From an uncultured Nocardioidaceae bacterium (GTDB lineage Bacteria > Actinomycetota > Actinomycetes > Propionibacteriales > Nocardioidaceae): a stretch of 50,424 nucleotides of DNA. A program made the translations under genes and the position numbers. Every line of letters begins with the position of its first letter. Position 1 is the first letter of the stretch. This document shows positions 12,801 to 21,086 of the stretch, piece after piece. The stretch spans positions 1 to 50,424 of the forward strand of contig CAZKZQ010000002.1 of assembly GCA_964557235.1 (NCBI GenBank), read 5' to 3'. A model generated the notes under the pieces. That model did no database searches, had not been told where the DNA came from, and saw nothing but the letters and a program-made list of their open reading frames with translations.

Positions 12801-13083
12801 GCACCAGCCGCTCCCGGAGCGACTGCCCGACGAGACCGGCGGCGTGCGCGGCGGCGACCTCCGAGACCGCCGAGGTGAGCGCTCGGACGGCGACCACCGC
12901 GCCGAGGACCACGACCGCCCGCACCAGGCCGTCTCCTCGGACCGCGGCGACCACGACGTCCGCCAGGGCGAACGCCTGGGCCAGGACGAGCAGGCTCGTG
13001 ACGAGCCCGCTCGCGACGACGACCGTGAGCGGCCTCCGGGCGCCGGCGAGCTGGCGGCGCAGCGCCGGGTCGGTCGGCCTCAC
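9820..13083 (-). CDS. cydDC: Fused CydD-CydC ABC exporter (1087 aa)
   Basis: Two TMD-NBD halves; Walker A GPSGCGKST twice; LSAGERARLAL and VSGGERARLGL; LLLAPEAYWPLR (CydD); FRYAERLRSHDAALR (CydC); directly downstream of cydB. Confidence 0.93.
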   Translation of the reverse strand: MRPTDPALRRQLAGARRPLTVVVASGLVTSLLVLAQAFALADVVVAAVRGDGLVRAVVVLGAVVAVRALTSAVSEVAAAHAAGLVGQSLRERLVRAVLAGRGPSTEGEAAALATRGVTAAEPYLTRYVPALVLAAVLPPLTVVALATQDLTSAVIVLATLPLVPVFGALVGLATRDRAESQWRAMASLSGHFLDIMRGLPTLVAFRRARAQSAVIGAVTHRYRRATLATLRIAFASSAVLELIATLSVALVAVVVGTRLAGGGLDLRTALVVLLLAPEAYWPLRRVGAEFHAAAEGIATFERLADLEAAEVEDEEPVHLPLAVRGLTVRYDDRVVPAVEDVDLVVPERGVTALVGPSGCGKSTVLAVLAGLVEPSSGTVLTGGVEGADVAGSLGGRAWQEQVAWLPQRPSFVAGTVAENLRLAAPDADDARLWEALRTVALADRVRVAGGLDATVAEDGLSLSAGERARLALARVVLADRPLVLLDEPAAHVDPATEAVLADVVRTLGRDRSVVVVAHRPALVDVADHVVRLPGRRVVTTPPSTAPSARAARADGGSSAGPRAGFVLATVLGVLASSCGVALTATAGWLIVKASEHPAVLTMLVAIVGVRAFGIGRPVFRYAERLRSHDAALRLLAERRVRVYDAVVPLTPGRLGRQRGDVLSGIVDDVDSLLDRELRVRLPLRVLAVVGLVATSVAALLLPVAGVAVGAALLAGVAAHLLVRWGCLAPERESVTARAELSAVVAQAAHLAPELRMWQADDVVLGPVARLARRLARASSRSAAWTAAARALVLLAGTAAVVAVAALGSRAVTEGTLSGPVLALLVLLPVALVDVVLPAVDAGALVGRVRSAAARLDELEHIAPAVTDPSDPVPANGSRRLEAVGLDLGWEGRTVLGGLDLRLEEGERVAVVGPSGCGKSTLAAALVRFVDPLRGTITLGDTPLVELALDDVRGDVGLVDDDPHVFSSTLAENVRLARPDADDTEVEAALRRARLGPWLDTLPEGLGTWVGDGHAAVSGGERARLGLARSLLLDQPVLVLDEPVAHLDRATAEQLSADLVDGADGRTLLWISHDDVGLERMDRVVRLG

Positions 13084-14135
13084 GTCGCCGGCGTCGGGCT
13101 CGGCACGTCCTCGTGCGAGGTCCGCTGGTGCACCACCGTCACGCCGGGGATGTGGTGGACCGACAGCCGCTTGCGGAACACCCAGTAGGACCAGGCCTGG
13201 TAGGCCAGCACCACCGGGGTGAACACCACCGCGACGACGGTCATGATCTTGAGGGTGTAGTCGGTCGCAGCAGCGGTGGTGGTCGTCAGGCCCGTGCCGC
13301 CCGCGAGCGTGGTGGGCATGACGTCGGGGAACAGCGCCACGAACAGCCCGGCGACGGCGAGGGCGATCGTCGCGAAGGTCCCGATGAAGCCCCAGCCCTC
13401 ACGCCCTCCTCGTACGGCGACCAGGCCACCGACCAGGCACAGCGCGGCAGCCACGAAGAGGATCGCCGAGGCGACCGTGCCGGTCTGGCCCTGCGTCCAC
13501 GCGAGGAACGCCACCGCGGCGACCGCAGCGCCGAGGCCGGTCACGACCGCGAGCGACCTCGCCCGGGTGCGGATCGGCCCGTCGGTCTTGAGCGAGACGA
13601 ACATCGCGCCGTGGGTGACGAAGAGGAGCAGCGTGGTGACCCCACCGAGCAGGCCGTACGGGTTCAGCAGGGTCACCAGGCCGCCGGCGTACTCGCCATC
13701 GGCGTCGATCGGCACGCCTCGCAGGATGTTCGCGAAGGCCACGCCCCAGAGGATCGCGGGGAGGAGCGAGCCCCAGAAGATCGCCTGGTCCCACGCCGCC
13801 CGCCACCGGTCGTCGTCGCGCTTCGCGCGGTACTCGAACGCGACGCCGCGCACGATCAGCCCGACGAGGATCGCCAGCAGGGGCAGGTAGAAGCCGCTGA
13901 AGAGCGTGGCGTACCACTCCGGGAACGCGGCGAACGTCGCGCCGCCGGCGACCAGCACCCACACCTCGTTGCCGTCCCAGACGGGGCCGATCGTGTTGAT
14001 CAGCACGCGTCGCTCGCCCTCGCTGCGACCCAGCACGGGGAGCAGGATCCCGACCCCGAAGTCGAAGCCCTCGAGGGCGAAGTAGCCGATCCAGAGCACG
14101 GCGATGAGGCCGAACCAGACGGTGGTGAGCTCCAT
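13080..14135 (-). CDS. cydB: Cytochrome bd ubiquinol oxidase subunit II
   Basis: LEGFDFGVG, IGPVWDGNEVW, FPEWYATLFSGFY, RGVAFEYR, YQAWSYWVFRKR. Confidence 0.96.
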   Translation of the reverse strand: MELTTVWFGLIAVLWIGYFALEGFDFGVGILLPVLGRSEGERRVLINTIGPVWDGNEVWVLVAGGATFAAFPEWYATLFSGFYLPLLAILVGLIVRGVAFEYRAKRDDDRWRAAWDQAIFWGSLLPAILWGVAFANILRGVPIDADGEYAGGLVTLLNPYGLLGGVTTLLLFVTHGAMFVSLKTDGPIRTRARSLAVVTGLGAAVAAVAFLAWTQGQTGTVASAILFVAAALCLVGGLVAVRGGREGWGFIGTFATIALAVAGLFVALFPDVMPTTLAGGTGLTTTTAAATDYTLKIMTVVAVVFTPVVLAYQAWSYWVFRKRLSVHHIPGVTVVHQRTSHEDVPSPTPAT

Positions 14136-14161
14136 GGGGATGTCTCCTCGATCGGGGCGGG

Positions 14162-15595
14162 TCAGTAGGCGAACGCGAGCGGACGGTCGGCGTCGTCCGT
14201 GTCGGTCGGGGGCGCGGGGGCGGGCTCGGCTCCGGCCCGGATGTACTTCAGGAGCAGGCCGACCTCGACGACGGCCAGGACGGCGTACACCAGCGTCAGG
14301 GCGACCAGCGAGATCGCTGCCTCCGTGACGCTGACGCCGGGCGACACCGCTCGGGCGGTCGTCATCACGCCGAAGACGGCCCAGGGCTGGCGGCCCATCT
14401 CGGTGAAGATCCAGCCCATCGAGTTGGCGACCAGTGGCAGGAACGGCAGCGCGACGGCGGCCCAGCCCCAGGCGCGGGCGGTCGGGACTCGCCCGCGCCT
14501 GGTTGCCCAGAGGACCAGTGCCGCGATGCCGGCGGCCAGGACGCCGAGGCCGATCATGAGGCGGAACGTCCAGTAGGTCAGCGGGATGTAGGGCGTGTAG
14601 TCGTCCGGCGAGTAGTACGTCGCCCCGGGGTCCTGCCCGTAGGTCGCCTGGTACTTCTCGCGCAGCTGGTTGACGCCCTCCACCTCGCCGCTGGTCGAGC
14701 CGGTCGCGAGGAAGGACAGCAGGTCCGGCACCTTGATCGAGAACTTCTCCTCGTTGCCGTCGAGGGAGCCCACGGTGAGGAGCGAGAAGTCGGCGGCGGT
14801 CTCGGTGTCGTAGAGCGCCTCGGCGGCGGCCATCTTCATCGGCTGCACGTCGGTCATGACCTTGGCCGCGACGTCACCGGACACCGCGACGCCCAGGCCG
14901 GCGACGAGCATGACGACCGCGCCGGTGCGGGCGCCGCGGAGGTAGAGCGGCTGGTCGCCGTCGTTGCGCCGCCGCATCATCGACCAGAGGCTGACGCCGA
15001 CCACGAACGCGGCACCGGTCATGTAGGCGCCGATCACCGTGTGCGGGAAGGTCACCAGCTGGACCTTGTTGAACAGCACGGCGGCGAAGTCGTTCATCTC
15101 GGCGCGACCCGTGTCGGGGTTGAAGCGGTAGCCCACCGGGTTCTGCATCCAGCTGTTCGCCGCGAGGATGAAGTACGACGAGAAGAGCGTGCCCACGTGG
15201 ACCGCCCAGATGCAGGCGAGGTGGACCTTCTCCGGCAGGCGGTCCCAGCCGAAGATCCACAGCCCGAGGAACGTCGACTCGAGGAAGAACGCGAGCAGGC
15301 CCTCGATCGCGAGCGGGGCACCGAACACGTCGCCCACGAAGCGCGAGTAGTCGCTCCAGTTCATGCCGAACTGGAACTCCTGCACGATGCCGGTGACGAC
15401 GCCGATGGCGAAGTTGATCAGGAAGAGCTTGCCGAAGAACCGGGTCAGCCGCAGCCACTGCTCGTTGCGCGTCCGCAGCCACGCGGTCTGGTAGCCGGCG
15501 ACCAGCGCCGACAGACCGATCGTGATGGGCACGAAGAGGAAGTGGTAGACGGTCGTGATGCCGAACTGCCAGCGCGCGATGTCGAGAACGTCCAC
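14162..15595 (-). CDS. cydA: Cytochrome bd ubiquinol oxidase subunit I
   Basis: ARWQFGITTVYHFLF, GIVQEFQFGMNWSDYSRFVG, AFFLESTF, QPMKMAAAE, GWIFTEMGRQPW; TAGCGT -10 lies 6 nt before the GTG. Confidence 0.96.
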   Translation of the reverse strand: MDVLDIARWQFGITTVYHFLFVPITIGLSALVAGYQTAWLRTRNEQWLRLTRFFGKLFLINFAIGVVTGIVQEFQFGMNWSDYSRFVGDVFGAPLAIEGLLAFFLESTFLGLWIFGWDRLPEKVHLACIWAVHVGTLFSSYFILAANSWMQNPVGYRFNPDTGRAEMNDFAAVLFNKVQLVTFPHTVIGAYMTGAAFVVGVSLWSMMRRRNDGDQPLYLRGARTGAVVMLVAGLGVAVSGDVAAKVMTDVQPMKMAAAEALYDTETAADFSLLTVGSLDGNEEKFSIKVPDLLSFLATGSTSGEVEGVNQLREKYQATYGQDPGATYYSPDDYTPYIPLTYWTFRLMIGLGVLAAGIAALVLWATRRGRVPTARAWGWAAVALPFLPLVANSMGWIFTEMGRQPWAVFGVMTTARAVSPGVSVTEAAISLVALTLVYAVLAVVEVGLLLKYIRAGAEPAPAPPTDTDDADRPLAFAY

Positions 15596-15631
15596 GGCTG
15601 AACGCTAGGAACGGTGGCCCCTCCCCGCCCA

Positions 15632-15718
15632 TTGCCGGTCGGGGCACCGCCGAGGACCGACCGGTCCCCGCCCCGGGGTCGGACGGCCCTGCTCAGGCGG
15701 GACCCCGGCGAGGACAGT
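15632..15718. promoter_or_regulatory. Three DosR-type boxes in 22-bp phase between divergent cydA and acg
   Basis: TTGCC-GGTC-GGGGC (15632, weak), GGACC-GACC-GGTCC (15654), GGGTC-GGAC-GGCCC (15676). The last is centred 42.5 bp before the acg ATG, with GACAGT -10 at 15713-15718. Confidence 0.75.
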
Positions 15719-15724
15719 GTCGCC

Positions 15725-16726
15725 ATGACCGACCCCGATCCCGCTGAGCTGAGGGCCATCGTCGAGGACGCCTGCACGGCGCCCTCGCTGCACAACACCC
15801 AGCCGTGGCGGTGGACCGCGCGACCCGACCGGCTCGAGCTGCGTGCCGACCGGTCGCGCCACCTGGCGGTCACCGACCCGACCGGCCGTGACCTGGTGAT
15901 CAGCTGCGGAGCCGCCCTCCACGTCGCGACGGTCGCCGCAGCGGGACGTGGCTGGGCGACGACCGTGCGGCGCTTCCCCGACGACTCGGACCGGGACCTC
16001 CTGGCGGTGGTCACCTTCTCCCCCGCCGAACCGACGCGCGACCAGCAGTACCTCGCGACCGCCGTACGCCGCCGCCGCAGCGACCGTCGGCCGGTGAGCT
16101 CGTGGCCGGTCCCCGAGGAGTGGGTGAGCACGTTGCGCCAGGTCGCGAACGACCACGGGGTCCTGGCCACCGCTGCGCTCGACGACCGGCAGGTCCACCT
16201 CGTGGAGGCGATGCTGCAGGCGGCACGTCGCGTGCAGGCCGGGCACGAGGGCTACGACGAGGAGCTGGCGGACTGGGTCCGCCCGTCGGGGGAGGCCGAG
16301 GGCGTGCCGTCCACGAACCTGCCCGAGGTGCCCAGCCGCTTCCCCGCCGGCACGCTCGCCGACGACCACCACGAGGCCGCCGACCCCGCCCCGACCTGGC
16401 TGGTGCTCTCGACGTCGTCCGACGACCCGCTCTCGTGGCTGCGCACCGGCGAGGCGCTGGCCGCGCAGTGGCTGATCAGCACGGTGGGGGGTCTCTCGCT
16501 GCTCCCGTTCAGCCAGCCGACGGACGTCGCGGTGACCCAACGGGTCCTCCAGGACGAGGTGCTCGGGGACACCGCCGTCCCCCAGCTCGTCGTGCGGCTG
16601 GGCTGGCCGCCGGTCAGCAGGGACCCCGTCCCGCCGACCGGTCGCCGCCCCGTGGACGAGGTGCTCGAGGTCGAGCCGCCCCTCGCCGCTCCGGCCCCAC
16701 CGGTCAGCCCGGCACCGGCCCGCTGA
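15725..16726 (+). CDS. Acg-family FMN-binding nitroreductase-like protein
   Basis: ATG 15725; APSLHNTQPWRW, DPTGRDLVISCGAALH, RRRSDRRP, WLRTGEAL, PQLVVRLGW, TGRRPVDEVL. Confidence 0.9.
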   Translation: MTDPDPAELRAIVEDACTAPSLHNTQPWRWTARPDRLELRADRSRHLAVTDPTGRDLVISCGAALHVATVAAAGRGWATTVRRFPDDSDRDLLAVVTFSPAEPTRDQQYLATAVRRRRSDRRPVSSWPVPEEWVSTLRQVANDHGVLATAALDDRQVHLVEAMLQAARRVQAGHEGYDEELADWVRPSGEAEGVPSTNLPEVPSRFPAGTLADDHHEAADPAPTWLVLSTSSDDPLSWLRTGEALAAQWLISTVGGLSLLPFSQPTDVAVTQRVLQDEVLGDTAVPQLVVRLGWPPVSRDPVPPTGRRPVDEVLEVEPPLAAPAPPVSPAPAR

Positions 16727-17171
16727 GCACACCGGACCGCGACCCGGCGTCCGCCACGCGGGCCGACCACGTCATCCGGACACCGCCGAGCGCTCCCGAG
16801 ACCACGTCGCAGCGGCGCTCGGGCCGCGCCGTCGCCAACGACCACACGCGACCGACCTCGGGCGAGCGGGTCGCGCACGGGGCGCTGCACCGGTCGTCGG
16901 CCACGCGGGCGCAGAGCTCGTCACCGGCGAGCTCGACCGCGACGACCACGGGCTCGTCGCCCGGATGATGGTCGAGGTGCTCGAGCAGCAGCCACACCGC
17001 CTCGGACACCTCGAGCGCCGCGTCCGCCGGCACCCGGTCCAGGGCCTCGTCGAGCGTGAGCACGACGTGGCGCTGGGACGCGCCGGCGATCTCCGGCAGG
17101 AGCGTGGTGAGGAGCGACTCAGCACGTCGCGGGGCTCGCTGCCTCGGGATCCGTGGGGCTGGCTGCGACAT
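16704..17171 (-). CDS. Stand-alone degenerate HATPase_c-like domain protein (155 aa)
   Basis: GGAGG RBS, own -10 (TACGGT, 17221-17226) and DosR-type boxes; by eye it aligns with the dosS C-terminal ATPase domain (LCARVADDRCS vs [11 protein letters not shown]; LLLEHLDHHP vs [10 protein letters not shown]). Confidence 0.6.
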   Translation of the reverse strand: MSQPAPRIPRQRAPRRAESLLTTLLPEIAGASQRHVVLTLDEALDRVPADAALEVSEAVWLLLEHLDHHPGDEPVVVAVELAGDELCARVADDRCSAPCATRSPEVGRVWSLATARPERRCDVVSGALGGVRMTWSARVADAGSRSGVLSGPVPG

Positions 17172-17874
17172 GGGGCCTCCGCTGGTCAGGGGAAGGTGGA
17201 GCCGGTTGCGTGCTGACCCGACCGTAGGTCCGGGTGGTCCGTGGCCCCAGGGCCAGGACGGGCACGTGCCGGGGCCGTTCGGCCCTGCAGACCGCGGACG
17301 GCGTCCGGGCGACCTGTCGTCGCGGCGGTCGCAGCACGAGGGCGGCGACGGCCGCGCCCAGCCAGCCCAGGGCCAGGTCGCCGACCGTGTCCTCGTAGGC
17401 CATCGGGTACTCCGACGACTTGGTCACGAACGAGACCAGCTCGAACAGCTCCCACGCCAGCGCAGCGGTGATCCCCACGGCCAGGGAACGTTCGAGGGCC
17501 GCGACGAAGGGTGTACGCCGCGTCGTCGTCACCGCGAGGACCGCGCCGCTCAGCAGAGCGGTGTCGACGAGGTGGACCAGGTCGTCGAACCACACCACCG
17601 AGTCGTAGAGGTCCATCCGGTTGCCGAGGATGTCGCTGAAGCAGACGAGGGTCAGCATCAGGTCGGCCCCCCAGGGCACGCTCCGGGCCGGGCGCCTCCA
17701 CCACCACACCAGGGCGGGACCGAACGCGGGAAGGGGGTAGAGGACCGCCCTGGCCACCGGCGCCTTGCCCTCGAGGTTCCCCCACTCCGGGTCGATCGCG
17801 ACCGCGACCAGGGACGCCGCCAGCAGCAGCTTGGCGAGCACGTCCACCGCAGGGACCACGCGCCGGGCCGACAT
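17119..17874 (-). CDS. Integral membrane protein, VanZ/DUF2238-like (D..H..WE..E..D..D motif); C-terminal ~55 aa possibly read-through
   Basis: About 5 hydrophobic segments; WFDDLVH, LAWELFE, YEDTVGDLALG; strong RBS AGGAGAGGAG. Confidence 0.75.
   Translation of the reverse strand: MSARRVVPAVDVLAKLLLAASLVAVAIDPEWGNLEGKAPVARAVLYPLPAFGPALVWWWRRPARSVPWGADLMLTLVCFSDILGNRMDLYDSVVWFDDLVHLVDTALLSGAVLAVTTTRRTPFVAALERSLAVGITAALAWELFELVSFVTKSSEYPMAYEDTVGDLALGWLGAAVAALVLRPPRRQVARTPSAVCRAERPRHVPVLALGPRTTRTYGRVSTQPAPPSPDQRRPHVAASPTDPEAASPATC
17221..17286 (-). promoter_or_regulatory. DosR-type promoter for the HATPase-like gene
   Basis: Near-perfect GGGGCC-GTTC-GGCCCT at 17271-17286, a half-match box at 17250-17263 (22-bp phase), and TACGGT -10 on the minus strand. 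Confidence 0.68.
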
Positions 17875-17898
17875 GGTGACCGCTCCTCTCCTGCTCCG

Positions 17899-18043
17899 AA
17901 CCTAGGCCGGATCTGCCTGCCACGGCAGGGCCGATGGACCGTGAGCGCGCTCACAGGACCGGACGTCACCCGAGCGGGGTCTGGATGGTCACCAGGACGG
18001 GACCGAGCGGCCCTGGGGTGACGCCCGACCCTGGAGCGACGGT
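17899..18043. promoter_or_regulatory. Divergent promoter with a cluster of DosR-type boxes
   Basis: Boxes GGGCC-GATG-GACCG (17928), GGACC-GGAC-GTCAC (17956), a half site near 17979, GGACC-GAGC-GGCCC (18000), GTGAC-GCCC-GACCC (18018); -10s TAGGTT (minus, 17899-17904) and GACGGT (plus, 18038-18043). Confidence 0.7.
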
Positions 18044-18075
18044 GGTCGTGGATCCACGCGCGGAGGGAGACGGCC

Positions 18076-18627
18076 ATGCGACTGCGCACCATCTGGGAGT
18101 TCTTCGCACTCCTCCTCGTCCTCTTCGCCGTGGCGCACGCGGTCACCACCCACTCCGTCGGGCGCATGCTGGTGCTGGTGATGTGCGGTGCCCTCCTCGG
18201 CGCGCTGACGGCCTGGACGACGGTCGAGACGATGGAGCTCGACGACCGCTGGCTCACGGTGCGGGCGACGTGGTGGGGCATCCTCACCGGCGCGGCGATC
18301 GCCGGATGGGTCGGTGCCCTCGGACCGTGGGGGATGCTGCCGGTCGTCGTCGCCGTCGTGACCTTCCCCGACCTGGTCGACCGGCTGACTCGGCGCCTGC
18401 GAGGCAGGAGCCGGGACACGGCCACCCGGGTGCACCGGATGAGCGACGCCGAGCTGAAGCAGCGGTGGGACGCCACGACCCAGCAGCTGCTCCGCCCGCA
18501 ACGGCCCACGGCGGTCGCCGCCCTCGCCGAGGAGCGGTCGTGCATCCTCGACGAGGTCGGGCAGCGCAACCCCGCGGAGCTCACCCGTTGGCTCGGCGGC
18601 GAGCACAGCTGGGAGGGCCTCCTCTGA
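18076..18627 (+). CDS. Hypothetical membrane protein (3-4 TM plus helical cytoplasmic tail)
   Basis: GGAGGGAG RBS; hydrophobic N-terminal half; tail MSDAELKQRWDATT..EERSCILDEV..RNP..RWL. Confidence 0.75.
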   Translation: MRLRTIWEFFALLLVLFAVAHAVTTHSVGRMLVLVMCGALLGALTAWTTVETMELDDRWLTVRATWWGILTGAAIAGWVGALGPWGMLPVVVAVVTFPDLVDRLTRRLRGRSRDTATRVHRMSDAELKQRWDATTQQLLRPQRPTAVAALAEERSCILDEVGQRNPAELTRWLGGEHSWEGLL

Positions 18628-18630
18628 AGG

Positions 18631-21039
18631 TCAGTCGCCCTTCTCCTGCTCGGACCTGCCCAGCCTCTCCTCGACACCGAGCACCGACCGGGTCACCGAC
18701 AGCAGGCTGTCGGGGTTGACGCTCATCGAGTCGAACCCGAGCTCGACCAGCAGCTCCACCATGTCGGGGTAGTCCGACGGCGCCTGGCCGCAGAAGCCGG
18801 AGTGCACGCGTTGACGCCGGCACCCCTCGACCGCCATCCGGATCATGCGCTTGACCCCCGGGTCCCGCTCGTCGAAGTCGAAGGCCAGGAGGGCGCTGCC
18901 CCGGTCGACACCGAGGGTGAGCTGGGTCAGGTCGTTGGACCCGATCGACATGCCGTCGAAGCGCTGCGCGAACTCGTCGACGAGGACCACGTTGTTGGGG
19001 ATCTCGCACATCGCGAAGATGCGCAGCCCGTCCTCGCCCCGGCGCAGACCGAGCTCGGCCATGCGCGCGAGCACCAGGTCGGCCTCCTCCAGGCGACGCA
19101 CGAACGGCACCATGAGCACGACGTTGTCCAGGCCCATGTCCTCCCGCACGCGGCGCATCGCACGGCACTCGAGCGCGAAGCCCTCGGCGTACGCCGGGTG
19201 GGTGTAGCGGGACGCGCCACGGAAGCCGATCATCGGGTTCTCCTCCGTCGGCTCGAAGCCCGCTCCCCCGACCAGGTCGGCGTACTCGTCGGTCTTGAAG
19301 TCCGACATCCGCACCACCACGGGGCGCGGGTGGAAGGCGGCCGCGATCGTGCCCACTCCCTCGGCGAGGCGCTCGACGAAGAACGTCGCCCCGTCGGGGT
19401 AGTCCTTGGTGATCATCGCCAGCTCGGCCCGCGCGGCCGGGTCCGTCACCCGCTCCGGGTGGAGCAGGGCCATCGGGTGGGCCTGGATCGACTCGCTGAT
19501 GATGAACTCCATCCGCGCCAGGCCGACGCCGTCGCTGGGCAGGAGGGCGGTCCGGAACGCCAGGTCCGGGTTGCCGAGGTTCACCATCACCTTGGTCCGG
19601 GGACGCGGCATCTGCGACAGGTCGGTCTTGTCGACCCGCACCTTCGCCGCTCCCTGGTAGACGCGCCCGACGTCACCGCCGGCGCACGACACGGTCACGA
19701 CGTCGCCGTCCTCCAGCGCCCGAGTGGCGTCGCCCACGCCCACGACGGCAGGGATCCCCAGCTCGCGCGCGATGATCGCGGCGTGGCAGGTGCGGCCGCC
19801 CCGGTCGGTGACCACGGCGGCGGCGGTCTTCATCACCGGCTCCCAGTCAGGGGTGGTGGTGCTCGCGACGAGGATCTCGCCGGGGACGAACGAGGAGAGC
19901 TCCGCGGTGTCGCGGACGACCCGCACCGGTCCCGTGGCCACCCGCTCGCCCACCGCCCTGCCCTGGCAGAGGACCGTGGAGTGCTCCTCGACCACGAACG
20001 TCTCCAGCAGCGTCGGCGCCCGCCGCGAGATCACGGTCTCCGGCCGCGCCTGGACGACGTAGAGCAGCCCGTCGACCCCGTCCTTGGCCCACTCCACGTC
20101 CATGGGGACCCCGTAGTGGTCCTCGATCCGCAGTGCGGTCGAGGCGAGCTCGAGCACCTCGTCGTCGGTGAGGGAGTACGACTCGCGCAGCACCGGCGGA
20201 GTCGGGACGTTGCGGACGCGCTCGCGCCCCGTCTCGTCGAGCTGCATGGTCACCGCCTTGGCCCCACGTCGGTGGCGCAGCACCGTGCGGTGCCCCCGCC
20301 GCAGCATCGGCTTGTGGACGACGAACTCGTCGGGGTCCACCGCACCCTGGACGACGTTCTCACCCAGCCCGTAGGACGAGGTCACCAGCACGACGTCGGG
20401 GAACCCCGACTCCGGGTCGAGCGTGAACATCACCCCGGCAGCAGCGAGGTCCGACCGCACCATCTGCATGACGCCGACAGACAGCGCCACGTCCACGGCG
20501 TCGTACCCGCGCTCGAGGCGGTAGTGCACCGCCCGGTCGTTGAAGAGGCTGGCGAAGCACGCGACCACCGCCTCGAGCAGCTGGTCCTCCCCGGTGACGT
20601 TGAGGAACGTGTCGTGCTGGCCGGCGAAGCTCGCACCCGGCAGGTCCTCCGCGGTGCCGGAGCTCCTGACCGCGAGCGCCGGGTCGTGACCGGTCCTGGT
20701 CCGCAGCTCGCGGTGCGCGGCCAGGACCTCCTCGACCAGGTCCTTCGGCAGTGCTGCCTCCCGCACCAGGCGCCGGGCCGCCTCGCTGCGGCGGCTCAGG
20801 TCCGCGACGTCCTCGCGGTCGACGTCGGCGAACAGCTCGCGGAGGGCGGGCCACACGTGTGCCTCGTCGAGCACGTGCCGGTAGCCCGCCGCGGTGACCG
20901 CGAACCCGTCGGGCACCCGCACCCCGGCGCCGCGCAGGTGGCGCACCATCTCCCCGAGGGAGGCGTTCTTGCCTCCCACGTCCGCGACGTCGTCGAGCCC
21001 GATCTCGGAGAAGGGTCGGACGTAGCGCTGGTCGGTCAT
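18631..21039 (-). CDS. ppsA: Phosphoenolpyruvate synthase (pyruvate,water dikinase), ~802 aa
   Basis: ATG 21039; VGGKNASLGEM, AVRSSGTAEDLPGASFAGQ, PMDVEWAKDG, GGRTCHAAI (phospho-His), GVGLARMEFI, MCEIPNN, SIGSNDLTQ, CGQAPSDYP. Confidence 0.96.
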   Translation of the reverse strand: MTDQRYVRPFSEIGLDDVADVGGKNASLGEMVRHLRGAGVRVPDGFAVTAAGYRHVLDEAHVWPALRELFADVDREDVADLSRRSEAARRLVREAALPKDLVEEVLAAHRELRTRTGHDPALAVRSSGTAEDLPGASFAGQHDTFLNVTGEDQLLEAVVACFASLFNDRAVHYRLERGYDAVDVALSVGVMQMVRSDLAAAGVMFTLDPESGFPDVVLVTSSYGLGENVVQGAVDPDEFVVHKPMLRRGHRTVLRHRRGAKAVTMQLDETGRERVRNVPTPPVLRESYSLTDDEVLELASTALRIEDHYGVPMDVEWAKDGVDGLLYVVQARPETVISRRAPTLLETFVVEEHSTVLCQGRAVGERVATGPVRVVRDTAELSSFVPGEILVASTTTPDWEPVMKTAAAVVTDRGGRTCHAAIIARELGIPAVVGVGDATRALEDGDVVTVSCAGGDVGRVYQGAAKVRVDKTDLSQMPRPRTKVMVNLGNPDLAFRTALLPSDGVGLARMEFIISESIQAHPMALLHPERVTDPAARAELAMITKDYPDGATFFVERLAEGVGTIAAAFHPRPVVVRMSDFKTDEYADLVGGAGFEPTEENPMIGFRGASRYTHPAYAEGFALECRAMRRVREDMGLDNVVLMVPFVRRLEEADLVLARMAELGLRRGEDGLRIFAMCEIPNNVVLVDEFAQRFDGMSIGSNDLTQLTLGVDRGSALLAFDFDERDPGVKRMIRMAVEGCRRQRVHSGFCGQAPSDYPDMVELLVELGFDSMSVNPDSLLSVTRSVLGVEERLGRSEQEKGD

Positions 21040-21086
21040 GGCGGAGCTCCTGGGTGCTGGTCGCTGGTGGTGGTCGTGCAGGTGGG

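Noticed and set aside
9736-13188. Long antisense or alternate-frame ORFs (1150 aa here; also 18802-21240, 40828-43482, 3297-5183, 30369-32384 and many more)
   Set aside because: Shadow ORFs typical of very high-GC DNA: Arg/Gly/Pro-rich, no motifs, and lying opposite or across well-supported genes.
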